A stretch of 64,000 nt of DNA. It comes from Gekko japonicus. Taxonomy: Eukaryota. The stretch is taken from assembly GCF_001447785.1 (NCBI RefSeq), contig NW_015176014.1:153633-217632 (forward strand), written 5' to 3'. How positions within the stretch are numbered: position 1 is the first letter of the stretch; each line of letters opens with the position of its first letter. Shown here piece after piece: positions 24,910 through 38,400 of the stretch. The position numbers and the translations under genes were made by a program. The notes beneath the pieces were generated by a model. That model searched no databases and was not told the origin of the DNA. It worked only from the letters and a program-made list of their open reading frames with translations.

Positions 24910-24992
24910 TGCGGAAGACAGGAGGGCCTGGCATGATATGGCCCATGGGGTCACGAAGAGTCAGACTCGACTGTGCGACTGAACAACAACAA
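24910..24992 (+). mobile_element. BovB/RTE 3' tail fragment (other copies 52152-52252 and 57822-57923, minus)
   Basis: ggagggcctggc..ccatggggtcacgaagagtcagactcgactg..actgaacaacaacaa with (CAA)n tail. Confidence 0.8.
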
Positions 24993-25326
24993 GGAATTAT
25001 GCAGAGAGATTCTAAACCACAGAAGAATTTCAGAATGACAATGAGTACAGTGTCATTTGACTTCTGAGAAATGAAGAGTTTAATCAAAGATGGATGTGAC
25101 TGAATGGATTTTACCTCCCATTCCATAGAAGCATTCTCTGCCTACATTCTAGTACTAGTTTAACACAATATAGTAAAATATTGAAACATTTACTTTCAAG
25201 TTTTGACCATACCAATGTCCGGGATAGCAGCATTTAAAAAAAAAAACACCAGGTACCAAACGAATGCTGTGGTCCAGGTTCCTTTCCTCTGTTTATGGTC
25301 TACACAAGGCACCAGAGGCGAGAGGG

Positions 25327-26802
25327 TCATCTGAAATCATGCAGGACAGAACAAAACCACTGCATCACTTTAGGTAAGCCAGTGCCATCACGTGCACTTG
25401 TCTCCACAATGGTGATGGGCTGCTTGGCACGGGAAACAATGTCCTGGATTCGGAATAATGATTTCATCTCCACCAGGGACATGTAACAGGGTAGGTCACT
25501 AGAGCCAAGGTAAAGAGAGAAAACAATGATGGACAAATTCCTGAGGGTAGCTATATTAGTCTTCCGGTTGCCACAAGGCCATTTTGTTACGTTGCTGAAG
25601 AACTGTGTGCTTCCCTCTCCCTCCAAAAGCAACACCTCTGGATCCTGCTGACCAAAGTGCAAATCCATTGAAGATCACCATTTCCCAACCTGCTAATGTA
25701 GGTTTTCTTCCTCTCACCCCAAGACTATTTGCAGCCAAATCAATCCATCAAATTCATTTAAACTTTCCCACTGAATCTTAGCTCCATCCTCATCCCTCCG
25801 ACCTGAACATTTAAATTAAAAATTCCTTACATCTTATTGAAAATGATGAGGACGGGGACTGATGTTAGCTCTTCAGCAGAGAGGAGTGACAGGAGCTGAA
25901 CGCAGGAAGAGGAAATCTGGGTGGGTCTGGCAGCATCAATCACGTACTGTAGAAGAAATCCAGAAAACACAGGGACAGTGAGCTGCTTGCTGCGGAACTT
26001 TCTCACATAAAACACTGCCAGAAAGGGTAGAAAATGAACGTGCCCCCTTCAAATGGCAATGCAGCTGTACAAAGACTGCTTGGATCGGATTTTCCTGAGA
26101 TTATCACTTGAGAATTTTTTTAAAGTGGAAGCACTGTAAATAGCAGTTTTGTAGTATCAGCATGACAAAAAGGAAGCATAATCAACCGCGGACTCATGCT
26201 GTGACCGTTTTCTCTGTGTACATAAGAGTGATGTACAATTAAATGTGGTCATGGAACTTCAATGCTACAAGCATGGGGTCAAGCAGCCCCAAAGATGTGA
26301 GTGAAAAAGATTACTCTGCCTTATGACACACTGAATTATATGCAGACTATGAATCAAGGCACTCACCAAAACACAGCAGCAGTCACTGTAGTAGCTGGAC
26401 CAAATGGGCCCCATGCATCCTCCCAGTTCCCGAACTGTGATCCTTTTTCCAATCACAAGATCAGTAAGGTTTGTGCCCACCTGCAGAATGATAACAGCCG
26501 GCCAGACTTTTAAACTAGTATGCTGCTGAAGCTGCTACAGGCAGTACTGCACAGTGAGTGGTGCTGACCCTGCCAGCTGCTTCTGCTGAGGATGTGGGGA
26601 GCCTCAAAAAGAGTGCAGAATCCCACTGCAAGCTCCTCCCTACGCCCAAGCTAGAGAAAGCTTAGAGAAGTGCAAAAAAAAATCTACTTATGAATATATG
26701 AAGCTGCCTAGTCTACAGCATTTAGCTCAGTCTTAACTACTCTGGCTGATATTAAGTATTAAGGCTGAGCCTGCGGGGAGGGCGGGATAGAAATCTAAAT
26801 AA

Positions 26803-26833
<31 letters not shown>

Positions 26834-28073
26834 AGTATCCAAGGTCCCACACAGAATTCTTGCCCAACCTGTAATCTGAGATGTTTTCAAATGGCAAGGT
26901 TTGAACTTGGAACCTTCTGTCATGGTGATCTCCAGGACACAGATGGAGCCCTGAGGACCCTGGACAAAACATTCATACAAATGCAGCACATACTTTCAGA
27001 TAAATATATAACAGGTCTTCGCTTTCTCTTCAGTCTTAACAATATGGTCCTCACAATCAGGGTGGCAAACAGGTATTTTGTTCTATTTTTAGACACCCTT
27101 CCAAAACATGCCTATGAGTGAATCTGAACATTGTTCTGGGTCAGGGTTAATGCAGAATATAGGCAACAGAAAGGAGGATGGGGAAGCGATAGATTTCAAG
27201 GGCAACACTAATACAGAGAATTTTGCAGTTGTCCTTTAATTATACTACAGACAGCAACTAATGGTGCCATCCTAAGCATGTCTAATTCAGTGGGGCTTAC
27301 TCCCTGGAAAACATTTTTAAGATTGCACTGTAAAATACTAGGGTTGCCAGCTCCAGCTTGGGAAATTCCTGGAGATCTGGGGGTGGTTCCGCTGGAGGCT
27401 GGAATTTGGAGAGGTGAGGAAGCTCAGCATGGATGTAATGCCATAGAGTCTGCCTTCTGAAACTGCCATTTCCTCCAGGGGAACTGATCTCTGTAGTCTG
27501 CAGATAAATTGTAATTCCAGGAGAACTCCAGGCTCCATCTGGATGCCGGCAAACATAAACTATTTTTCAGAAGATTTGATATAGTTTGTTTGCATGAGTT
27601 GTATGTGCAAAGAGCTTTGGGGTACATGCACCCACAATGCTTAAGAAGACTCACTAATGGTCTCTTGCTTGGGGGACACAAAATCCTGAAGTCAGGGTTG
27701 CCAAATGGCCAGGAGAAAAATGACCTGTGTCTTTAATAAAGGCTACAAACGTGGCAATGGGCAATTGGAGCTTTTTATGGCATAGCAGTAATAACATCAC
27801 CTGGCAAATAACATCTCATTAAGCTCTATTAAAAGAGCAGAAATTTTTCTCCCTCCAAACCAGCTGACTACCATAATGGTTCTTAACTAAAACTCCCCTC
27901 CCCCAAGTATAGTCCCCCAGTTTGTAACAGCATGCACTTTTCCTGAAATGTGATAAATGGTATGGAGTGCCGGGGGGGGGGGGGGGGGGAAAAAAATAAA
28001 ACCCTTTTCCTAACAGTTTCTAAAAAAAAAAAAAAAAGAAAAAAGGAAAAGANNNNNNNNNNNNNNNNNNNNN

Positions 28074-28110
<37 letters not shown>

Positions 28111-29192
28111 TCAAGAAAATAAGGGTTAATAGACAGTAATCATAGCATATAGACATAGGCATGGGCATCTCAGCATAGCTGGTCTCCATCAAAAGACAAC
28201 TCTCCAAAGTAAGTTAATCCACACAAGCACAGGCAGGCATGACTAGCAATGTTGTTTGATTTCTATGGGTCTAAAATGTTAGTTACCCAAGACTGCAGCA
28301 ACATTACTTATACCATGCTTTAGATTTAGCAATAAACTCGAAAAGGCCAGCTTAATTTGAATACTGTGGTCATACTGCGCCAGTCAGAACCACTCAGTCG
28401 AACACAGAAGGGCCATACCGTAGGCAGTGTGGGGGGTGGCTCTCCAAGATCCTTGGCCCCATCCCTGGAGCTCAGCTGTTAAAGAGTTTGTTAAGGAAGA
28501 TAGGAAAAGGATGAGTAGATTTTTCAGACAAGAATGAACTGTGAACAAGAATGTATTGAGGCATAACTGTAAGTGCATAAGAGGTGACCTGTTGGATCAG
28601 GCCAGTGGTTCATCTAATCCAGTATCCTCTTTTAGGTAGTGGCCAAATAGCTGCCAACAACAAACAGGCCAAGGTCTCTCCCTGATGTTGTATCCTAGCA
28701 CTGCTATTCAGAGTCCAGTAGGGACCAAGAGAGCAACCAGGTTTCCGGGGTATGAGCTTTGAAGAGCCAAAGCTCCCTTCTTCAGATGGATGGGGAGGTT
28801 GGAGTTAATCATCACGGCTAGTAACCACTGAGGGAACAAATCCTCCATGAATCGCCTTAGTTGCCTTTTAGGCATAAGCCACGGCAAACCGGCTTATCTT
28901 TGAGATGCCACCAACCTCGCGCGTGTGTTGTAACCGACACTCTCCTCCAATTTGATAAGCATTAAGTGCCGACAGACAGACACAAGAGTCAAAGCCATTC
29001 CCTCCTACCATCCGCAGCCACCCAACAGACCAGATAAGCGAGCCTCGGCTAAAACGACCCTTCCTCTTCACCTCCCCCAACAATTTAGCCTCCCCCCCCC
29101 CCAAATTCTTCCCTCCGGGGGGGAGGGATATTCTGCAGCCGCTTGACCAGCAGAGTCTTGCCAGCGCCCGAACCGCCCAGCAGCAGGAACAT
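25327..29192 (-). CDS. ARL16: ADP-ribosylation factor-like protein 16, 173 aa; exons 29192-29132, 28477-28419, 26480-26367, 25946-25831, 25498-25327
   Basis: MFLLLGGSGAGKTLLVKRLQK-LSSRDGAKDLGEPPPTLPT-VGTNLTDL..RELGGCMGPIWSSYY..-YVIDAARPTQ..IFNKI-DLPCYM..ETSARDGTGL. Has the P-loop, ARL16-type RELGG G3 and NKxD; 522 nt in frame; head-to-head with HGS as in other vertebrates. Confidence 0.96.
28478..29131 (-). other. ARL16: U12-type (minor spliceosome) AT-AC intron 1 of ARL16
   Basis: 5' end ATATCCCT at 29131, branch point TTCCTTAAC at 28498-28490, 3' end AC at 28479-28478. This join keeps the frame (CAG A|AG CTG). Confidence 0.92.
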
Positions 29193-29449
29193 GGAACCAC
29201 CGCGGCCGGCCGTTGCCATAACAACCCCGCGCGCCCACCCTCCATTCCAGAACCAATGAGCCATGGAGAAGGCCGGAGGGACGTCAAGGTCACTTGAATT
29301 ACAAGCCGACCAATCGCCAGTCAATGCCACGGGAAAACCCGCCTCACCGCTAAGCGGAAGCCGGAAGTAGGGCCTAGGCTGCGGAAACGGGTCCGAGGCG
29401 AAACATCAATCTGCGGTCGGTCCGGTCTGGTTCTGAGACGGGAAGCACA
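29193..29449. promoter_or_regulatory. CpG-rich bidirectional promoter ARL16/HGS
   Basis: 257 bp between divergent ATGs. CCAAT at 29253 and 29310, tandem ETS/GABP GCGGAAG-CCGGAAGT 29354-29368, CRE-like GACGTCA 29280, TCAAGGTCA 29284, X-box-like GTTGCCATAACAAC 29212-29225. Confidence 0.85.
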
Positions 29450-32400
29450 ATGGGGCGAGGTGGAGGAACTTTCGAGCGGCTTCTAGGTACGGGATAAGAG
29501 GGAGGGAGCGAGCGAACGAGTAAGCCCCAGGTGTAGACCCTCTTGACCCGCCCTTTAACCTGTGACCTTTATTCTAATTCCCTTGTGAGGTTGAGACCTC
29601 GTTTCTTCCTCCGCCCGATCCTGTATTTATTGGGGCAGAGTTAGTGCATGAGAAAGATCCACGCCCATAACCCATATATGCTCTACTCCAGCTTCTGTTC
29701 TTCGCCAGCTTCTCTGTTTAAATACCCTTGTCTGTTCACTATTGAATGAAGGGCTCATCTCTGAATCAGGGTTGTTGTCGTTTTTGTTCCGCATGGAAAA
29801 TCTGTCAGACTTCAATGATTTAGCTTGAGGACTAGGAAGGTAACGAGATGGGGGAGGGGGAATTTGTTTATTGGCCCAGCATATGTGAGTTTTTTTAGCG
29901 TTGTTGACTTCACTGTCATGCTAACACTCAAGCTCTGCAAGGTGACTAACAACCAGAAAGTCACAGAGTAGGTACTGAAATTAGGACTGAGTCAAGAGGA
30001 GACTGGATAATGCATTAAGGTAAATGTTAGATAATAAAATATAGGAGATCAACTGTGAAGTGTAGACCGCTTGTTATTTTCTGAAAGTGAGGCTAAATGA
30101 GATGGTTTGATTACTATTGCATAACATTATCAGCAAGCAGGAACCTTTCCCTTCCTTGAAAGCCCCCATTACCAGTCCATTTTTCCTGCCTCCTATCTTT
30201 CCCATCCACCAGCCAGCTTACCTTTATCTTCTCCCCATCTTCAGTTTTCTGCTTTTCTATACCCTTTACCTGGGAAAACTATGATCCACTTGTGTGGTAC
30301 TGGTTTCCAGGGTGGGCCCAATTGCAAAGTGGGGAATCTGCAAGAACTTGGAAGGGGCACCCTTTCCCTCTGCCTGGCAACCTCAACCTTCTCTGCTTCC
30401 CTTCCATCTTTTATCTGCTCCTCCATCTTCAGTTATTTTAAATGTTTATTTACTTCATTTATAGCTCATCTTTCACCACAGTGGGGACTCAAGGTATCTT
30501 GCTGCATTTTCCTCTCTTCCATTTTATCCTCAAAACAACCCTACGAGCAGGGGCAGACTTGGAGCAAAACCCCTGGGAAAGGGCCCTTCCCCAAGCCTCT
30601 CCTGGCCCTACTCCAAAGGAGGAAGTGGTAGTCTGTCTGACCATGCCTCTCCCTCCCAAAGGGGAGATGGAAGGAGGGAGGAAGAGGTAGCCTGCTTAGC
30701 CAGTTAGCTGAGTGCTGCTTTCCTTGACTCAGGCAGGTCTAGAGGAGGCCAGGTGCTCCCTCCCTCAACTTGCACGGGGCTCAACTGTGCTAAGCCAGGC
30801 AATGCCCACTGCCTCACCACAGGGCTTGGTTGGTTACCACTGCCTTCTGCCTTGTGTTGTGCTGGGCTCAGCTAAGCTGGCTGCTGACTTGCACAGGGCT
30901 CAGCCAACCACCACTATCTACTTCACCTTGTGTGGGGCTTAGTTGGGCTGGGCGCCAGTGTCTACCTTGACTCAAATGGGCTGAGGCAGACACTGCCACC
31001 TCCACCATGCTGCCTTTTGCTCTGTCTGCCCTGCCTCATTTCAGGCTGGCGGGGCACTGCCCCTGCTGCCTTGGGTGGGTCAGGCTCAGCCATTTTGTCA
31101 GAGGACTGGCTGGCCCACAGAAGATGAAGAGATTGGATTTATACCCCACCCTTCACTACCCGAAAGAGTCTCTGAGCGGCCTACAATCTCCCTTCCCTTC
31201 CCCACAGCAGACACCCTGTGAGGTAGGTGGGGCTGAGGGAGCTCTTTCAAGGACTGCTCTTGAGAGAACAGCTCTGAGAGAACTTGTGACTGGCCAAAGG
31301 TCACACCAGCAGCTGCATGTGGAGGAGTAGGGACTCAAACCTGGTTCTCCCAGATTAGAGTCCGCGTTCCTAACCACTACACCAAACTGACTCTCAGGAG
31401 GTGTCCAGGTGCTCTTAATTGTCAAATTTGGCCCTGCCTGTGAGGTAAATTATCCTGAGAATGTGTAACTGCCCCGAGGTCACCCAGTGAATTTCCAGGG
31501 AAAAATGGGGATTTGAGGTCCTAGTATGAAACTATAACCAGTACACCACACTGGCTTTCGTGTGGTGGCTACTGTCAAGCATTAGCAAGCAGCCAAATTT
31601 ACATGAGTAATGCAAGTTGTGTGGTGTCAGATCACTGAGTATTTCCTGCTGGGCCTGGTTTAGGCTTATCAAGGTCCGGCGGGGGAATCGTATTTCTTGG
31701 CAGGAGCCTTGCCGCGGGGACGGCTCCACGCGCTGCCCCCGCCGTCGCCAGGATGTGACGCTCCGCGTCGCTCTGGCAACGGGACTCCAAACAGCCCCGT
31801 TGCCAGAGCAACGCGGAGCGTCACATCCTGGCGACGGCGGGTGCAACGCGTGGAGCCGTCCCCGCGGCAAGGCTCCTGCCAAGAAATACGATTCCCCCGC
31901 CGGACCTTGGTAAGCCTAGCCTGGCTGCAATGAGTTCTTTTTCAAAGGCCAAAACAGCCCTGGAAAGGTCCCTGTCACCTCCCTGCCTTTTACTGAAAGA
32001 AACCAAGAGGATGTTCTTGTTTTGAGGGGATTTATCCCCCCAGTGTTGGTTTTTTTTTTAGTGTTTTTAGATTTTTCTGCAAATCTGGGGGCTCCCCCAA
32101 GTTTGAAGAAAAATCTACTTTTTCTCAGTGTGAGCCCAATCCACAGATTTAGATATCTACAGATCTGCCCACACTTGAGAAATAGGTATATAGATTGATG
32201 ATGTACTTGCTGCTCTAGAGTAATGTAAACAAAAAAGAGGTGTTCCAAGGAGTATATAATCCATGTTTCTCTAGTGTGGGAGTCACTTGAGGAGGGAAAA
32301 GGAGAGGCTAGTATAACAGGATGAATATGCACAAATACAGTTACCAGTAATGAGCCTTTGTTTCACTTATGAAGAAAACGGAGTTAAGCCAAAGGCTATA

Positions 32401-35400
32401 TGAGTACTTGGGAAAAGGGCATTCTGGGAGTGGAGCCATTTGAGGTTGTAGATGATTGTGGAACAGTGGAGAGATTACAGCACTGCAGGAGTGCTGTTTG
32501 AGGGACAAATAGCTGCTAAATTACTAAAGCTTGGGAGACTCATACAGACAGCTGATCATGTAGCAAAATGGACTTCGTTCTGAATAATCACTGTGGAGAA
32601 CTACAAGCAAATGTCAAACAGGCCCAGTCATAGCTGTCCTGAGCTCTTTGTAGCAAAGATACTTGTAGCAAAGATACTTTTGGGGTTCAATGTGGCCAAG
32701 AGCAAGGTGATGGGGTTCAATGTGGCCAAGTGCAAGGTGATGCACATTGGAGCCAAAAATCCTAAATATAAATGCACGTTGATGGAGTCTGAACTGGCAG
32801 AGACTGATCAAGAGAGAGATCTTGGAGTTGTAGTAGATAACTCACTGAAAATGTCGAGACAGTGTGTGACTGCAATAAAGAAGGCCAATGCTATGCTGGG
32901 GATTATTAGGAAAGGGTATTGAGAACAGATCAGCCAATATCATAATGCCCCTATATAAATCAATGGTGCGACCTCATTTGGAATACTGTGTGCAGTTCTG
33001 GTCACCACACCTTAAAAAGGATATTATAGCTTTGGAAAAAGTGCAGAAAAGGGCAACTCGAATGATAAAAGGGTTGGAACACTTTCCCTAGGAGGAAAGG
33101 TTAAGGCGCTTAGGGCTCTTTAGCTTGGAGAAACGATGACTGAGGGGTGACATGATTGAGGTTTATAAGATTATGCATGGGAAAGAGCAGGTAGAGAAAG
33201 AGGTACTTTTCTCCCTTTCTCACAATACAAGAACTTGTGGGCACTCCATGAAATTGCTGAGCGGTCGGGTTAGAATGGATAAAAGGAAGTACTTCTTCAC
33301 CCAAAGAGTGATTAACACTTGGAATTCACTGCCACAGGAAGTGGTGGTGGCTACAAGCATGGACGACTTCAAAAGGGAATTAGATAAGCATATGGAACAG
33401 AGGTCCGTCACTGGCTATTAGCCACAAGGTATAGATAGGGACTCTGGGGCAAGTGATGCTCTGTCATCTTGGTGCTTGGGGGGGGTCAACAGTAGGAGGG
33501 CTTCTAATGTCCTGGCCCCACTGGTGGACCTCCTGATGGCACTGGTATTTCTGGCCACTGTGTGATACAGAGTGTTGGACTGGATGGGCCTTTGGCCTGA
33601 TCCAACATTGGCATCTCTTATGTTCTTATGTTCTTACCACTTGATCAACTCCAGAAGTCCTAATGATTATTTCTATGTCTTGCAGATAAAGCTACCAGTC
33701 AGCTTCTGCTAGAGACAGACTGGGAGTCCATCCTGCAGATCTGTGATATGATTCGTCAGGGTGACACCCAGTAAGTGCCATAATCTATGCCAAACTTTGT
33801 GTTCTTCACTCTGGGTCCATCCAGAACACTTTGTGGTCACAATTGTATCCTTGACAAAAGGCAGAAGGCTGGGAAGGTGTTATCTCATTTTTATCTTTAC
33901 AACCACCCTGTACAGTAGGTTAACCTGAGGGGCTGATTATCCATGAAGTAAGGATTTGAATTTGTTTTGTCCTAAATCCACTTCTCCAGCCATTGTATCA
34001 CAGTGACGCTTTATAAGACTAGCCATCCAAGGATGCGCTACAGTTAGTGAAACACCAACGTTTACAGAAAAATTGTTAACACCAAGTGCTAAGGCTAAAG
34101 ATAAAATCTATTCTAGGTACTTTGCTTTGCATATGGAATTGGAGGGTTTTTCTTCAGAAACTAGTTACAAGCTGTTAGCAAAGAGGATTCAGTCCCGGCA
34201 TTTCCCACATCTCCTAAGAGCAGAAACACTTAATAGGAAATGGAGCATATTTTTCTTTAACCACATAGCAGTTCCTGCATTTAAATACAACACCCATACG
34301 TGCAGAATATGCTCAATAATGCAGCGTGACTAATTTTGACTAGTTCATTGACTATTTTAGGCTAGAGCAATGACAGGTCTGTGAACTTTACATATAGCAC
34401 TTGTCTTTCTTGCCTCCTTCACAAATTTTGCACGTATTGTGAATGTTGATGTTCATTTCACTGATACAGGGATTCTGGAATGACCTAAAAATAACTTGCT
34501 TTCATTGCAGGCTTGGTTTAGGCTAACCTGGTATTCTGTCTGCTTTTTATTGTTTAGGGCTAAGTATGCTGTGGGTGCAATAAAGAAGAAGGTCAATGAC
34601 AAGAATCCTCATGTGGCTCTGTATGCACTAGAGGTAACCTGAAGGGAATACTGCCTCTACTGATTATAGTCAGTCTCCCTTGGCATATGGGGAAATTGTC
34701 CTCCCCCATTCTTGTAACAAGTGGAACCAGCAACTTAAAGAAGAACTAGGCCTTATGCTGTTATCATTCTTTGAAATAAATTCCTTGAACTGCAGTCAGG
34801 GACTCTACATATTCTTTCATATTTTCCTTGTAGGTTTTGGAATCTGTGGTAAAGAACTGTGGTCAGACGGTCCATGATGAAGTGGCTAACAAACAGACCA
34901 TGGAGGAACTGAAGGAATTGCTAAAGGTAGTAACATTTTGACCATTTCTCCTTTGAAAGAGTATTAGAAGAAGCCTCAGGAGAACAGAAAACAGGCTTGA
35001 ACGTCATGTATCTAATTCCCAAGCTGGCTCCAGCATGTAGTTTAAAAAATCCACACAACGGGGTCATCTGTGAATTGCCAGGCAACTCTCTATAACATCT
35101 CTGGCCATCTGATATATGGAGCTTCAAGCTGAAAGTGCATCGTAGTGAATCTTAGACCTGACAGCAGTGTTTGACACAGTTGACCATGATCTGTTGACCC
35201 AACACCTCACCGACGTAGGAATTCTGTGGAGTAGCTATGAAGTGGCTTACCTCATTCCTCCAGGGTCAGGGACAGAGGGTGGTGCTAGAAGAGAGGGTGT
35301 TACCTCGCCACCCTTTTGTGTGCAGGGTCCCTCAAGGGGCAATCCTCTGTCCAATGTTATTTAACATCTACATGTGCCCCCTTGCCCAGTTGGTGCAGAG

Positions 35401-38400
35401 TTTTGGGCTGGATTGTCATCAGTATGCCGATGACACCCAGCTATATCTATGGATGGATGGATGGATACAGCCCCATCTATTCTGGCTGAAGGGCTGGAGG
35501 CCGTGGTTGGGTGGCTGAAATACAGCCAACTGAGACAGAATCCAGCAGACGGATTCAGGAGTGGGGTGTCATCTCCTGGCTGTTCAGTGCACCTTTAACA
35601 CCAGCACCGACCACCAAGAGCTTGGGCGTGGTTCTGGATACCTCCTTATCAGTGGAGGCCCAGATCACAAATGTTGCCAGACTGGCGTTTCTCCTATTAT
35701 GCCAGATCAGGCAACTGGCCCCTTTCTGTCTTGCCCTGACCTAGCTACAGTAATCCATCCAACAGTCACCTCCAGGTTAGACTACTGTAACTTGCTCTAC
35801 ATAGGGCTATCCTTGAGACTGACCCAGAAATTACAACTGGTCCAGAATGCAGTGGCCCGGGTCCTTACAAGGACCCCTTTGACAGCACATATCCAGCCGG
35901 CGCTTCGCCAGCTGCAGGTTGAATACCGGATCAGGTTCAAGGTTCTGGTATTAACATTTAAGGCCCTAAACAGTCTGGGGCCAACGTACCTACGGGACCT
36001 CCTCTCCTAGTAACCCCGAAGGCCATTACTCTCTGGGAATCAAAACCTCCTGTTGATCCCTGGTCCAAAAGATATCTGGTTGTCCTTGACCAGAGCCAGG
36101 GCCTTTTTGGCCCTGGTGCCAGCCTGGTGGAACTCTCTGCCTAGTGACATCCATACCCTGCAGGACTTGGTGCAGTTCCACAGGGCCTGTAAGACAGAGA
36201 TAAGAGCATAAGAGAAGCCAATGTTGGATCAGGCCAATGGCCCATCCAGTCCAACACTCTGTCACACAGTGACCAAAAATACTAGGTGCCATCAGGAGGT
36301 CCAGCAGTGGGGCCAGGACACTAGAAGCCCTCCCACTGTTGCCCCCCCCCCCCAGCACCACAAATACAGGGCAGCACTTGCCCCAAACCGAGAGTTCCTA
36401 TCTATACCTTGTGGCTAATACCCACTGATGGACCTCTGTTCCGTATGTTTATCCAATTCCCTCTTGAAGCCGTCCATGCTTGTAGCCGCCACCACCTTCT
36501 GTGGCAGTGAATTCCATGTGTTAATCACTCTTTGGGTGAAGAAGTACTTCTTTTTATCCATTCTAACCCAACTGCTCAGCAATTTCATTGAGTGTCCATG
36601 AGTTCTTGTATTGTGAGAAAGGGAGAAAAGTACTTCTTTTTCAACCTGCTCTATTCCATGCATAATCTTGTAAACGGCTAGGCCTATGGTTGAGGACAGC
36701 AGTGGTTTGCCATTGAGTTTGGCCTACTTCATTCCCCCTCCCGCTTCAGGGGAAAGGGTATAAATTGGTATCCAATGCCATCTGAACTAGATGTGATTTG
36801 TATTGTATTGTTTTAACTTTTTAATTATTTTAAAACTAATTTAACCATTGTTGATTGATTAATATATGTATTTGTTGAATGTTGTACACCTCCCTGAGCC
36901 CTTTGGGGGAGAGCAGTTTATAAGTTAAGTAAATAGATAAATCATTTTTACCCAGCACATTGAAATTTTAATTTCCCACCACCAAATAGTTTGCACTGTT
37001 TTCATTCCATTTTCAACTATTAGAGTTCTCAGTTTTGTTTAAGATAATTGGTTCTTGATACCAAGAAATTATCTCTTTATATATATTTATTTACAAAACC
37101 GTTTTCATTGGTAGTGATATTATACACACCTTCTTCCCATGGTTTTAGTTCTTTACCCATGTAAAGGTGAAGTCAGTTTTTGAGCCTACCACGCAGAGGC
37201 TAGTTGAGAGAGACAGCAGGGGAGGGGGATATGCTTCCATCCCTCTTCAGCAACTCAAAGAGATGCAAATCGGCAATGAAAGTGATTTCAATAAAAAGAA
37301 GCCAATGCCTTGACCAGTATCTTTGATGGCATTCTTCTTTTGTGCTACATTTTACTGTTTATATGATCTTAGATTCTGATGAGGTAAGGACAGTGTTTTC
37401 AGTCACTGAAAAACCTCTTAGGTTAAACTTCATGTTCTTTCCCAATAGATTTGAGTACAAAATCCTGCTTTGGCCACAAGTAAAACATTTAATATAGAGG
37501 TGTTGAGGGGGGGGGGTGTTCTAATACAAGATGGAGTGGGAGACAATTCTGAATGTTATTTCCCAAATAGGCATTTTTTTGTGGTCATCTTGAAGGTTGC
37601 AGTTTACTTTGCTTCCACTGGGCCTAGTGCATGATTCTGATTCTTCCCATTTCTACAGAGACAAGTTGAGGCCAATGTTCGTAATAAAATCCTCTACCTG
37701 ATCCAAGCCTGGGCCCATGCCTTCCGCAATGAGCCCAAGTACAAGGTGGTGCAGGACACCTATCAGATCATGAAGGTGGAAGGTAAGGAACTATGAGGGT
37801 CCCTCTGTTGTGTGGGTGGGGCACCAGAGCAGGCTGCAGATGTCTGGCAAGGGATTATGAGGGGCTTCTTCTGCATGGCGTTATTGGTGCTGGGGGTAGT
37901 CTTAGTTGTCTGCATTTTCCAGTCTCGGTGGTAGTAGGTGCCTCACTTCTTGAACCTTCTGCTGAGCTTGCAGATTAGCAGCCAGTCCCTTAATGACTAC
38001 TCTGGCCTGGATGGCCCAGGCTAGACCGATCTCATAAGAACCTTGAAGCTAAGCAGGGATGGCCCTGGCTAGTATTTGAATGGGAGACCTCCAAGGAACA
38101 CCAGGGGCATGGCGCAGGGGCAGGCAATGGCAAACCACCTCTGAACATGCATGCCCTGTCAACATCTCTTGCCTTGAACAAACCCTACAGGGTTGCCATA
38201 AGGCAGCTGTAACTTGACGGCTCTTTGCACCATCACCACCCTTAATGACCAGTGTGGGAAGCATTAATGCATCAGCTTATGTTGTTGTTCTAAGCCTGAT
38301 GGGTAGTATGGTTGATGGACTACAAGGAGTGCGTATAAACTTGTTGCATTTTGTTTCAAGGGACTGTGATTATTTACGTGCTAAGGAATAAGCCCCAAAA

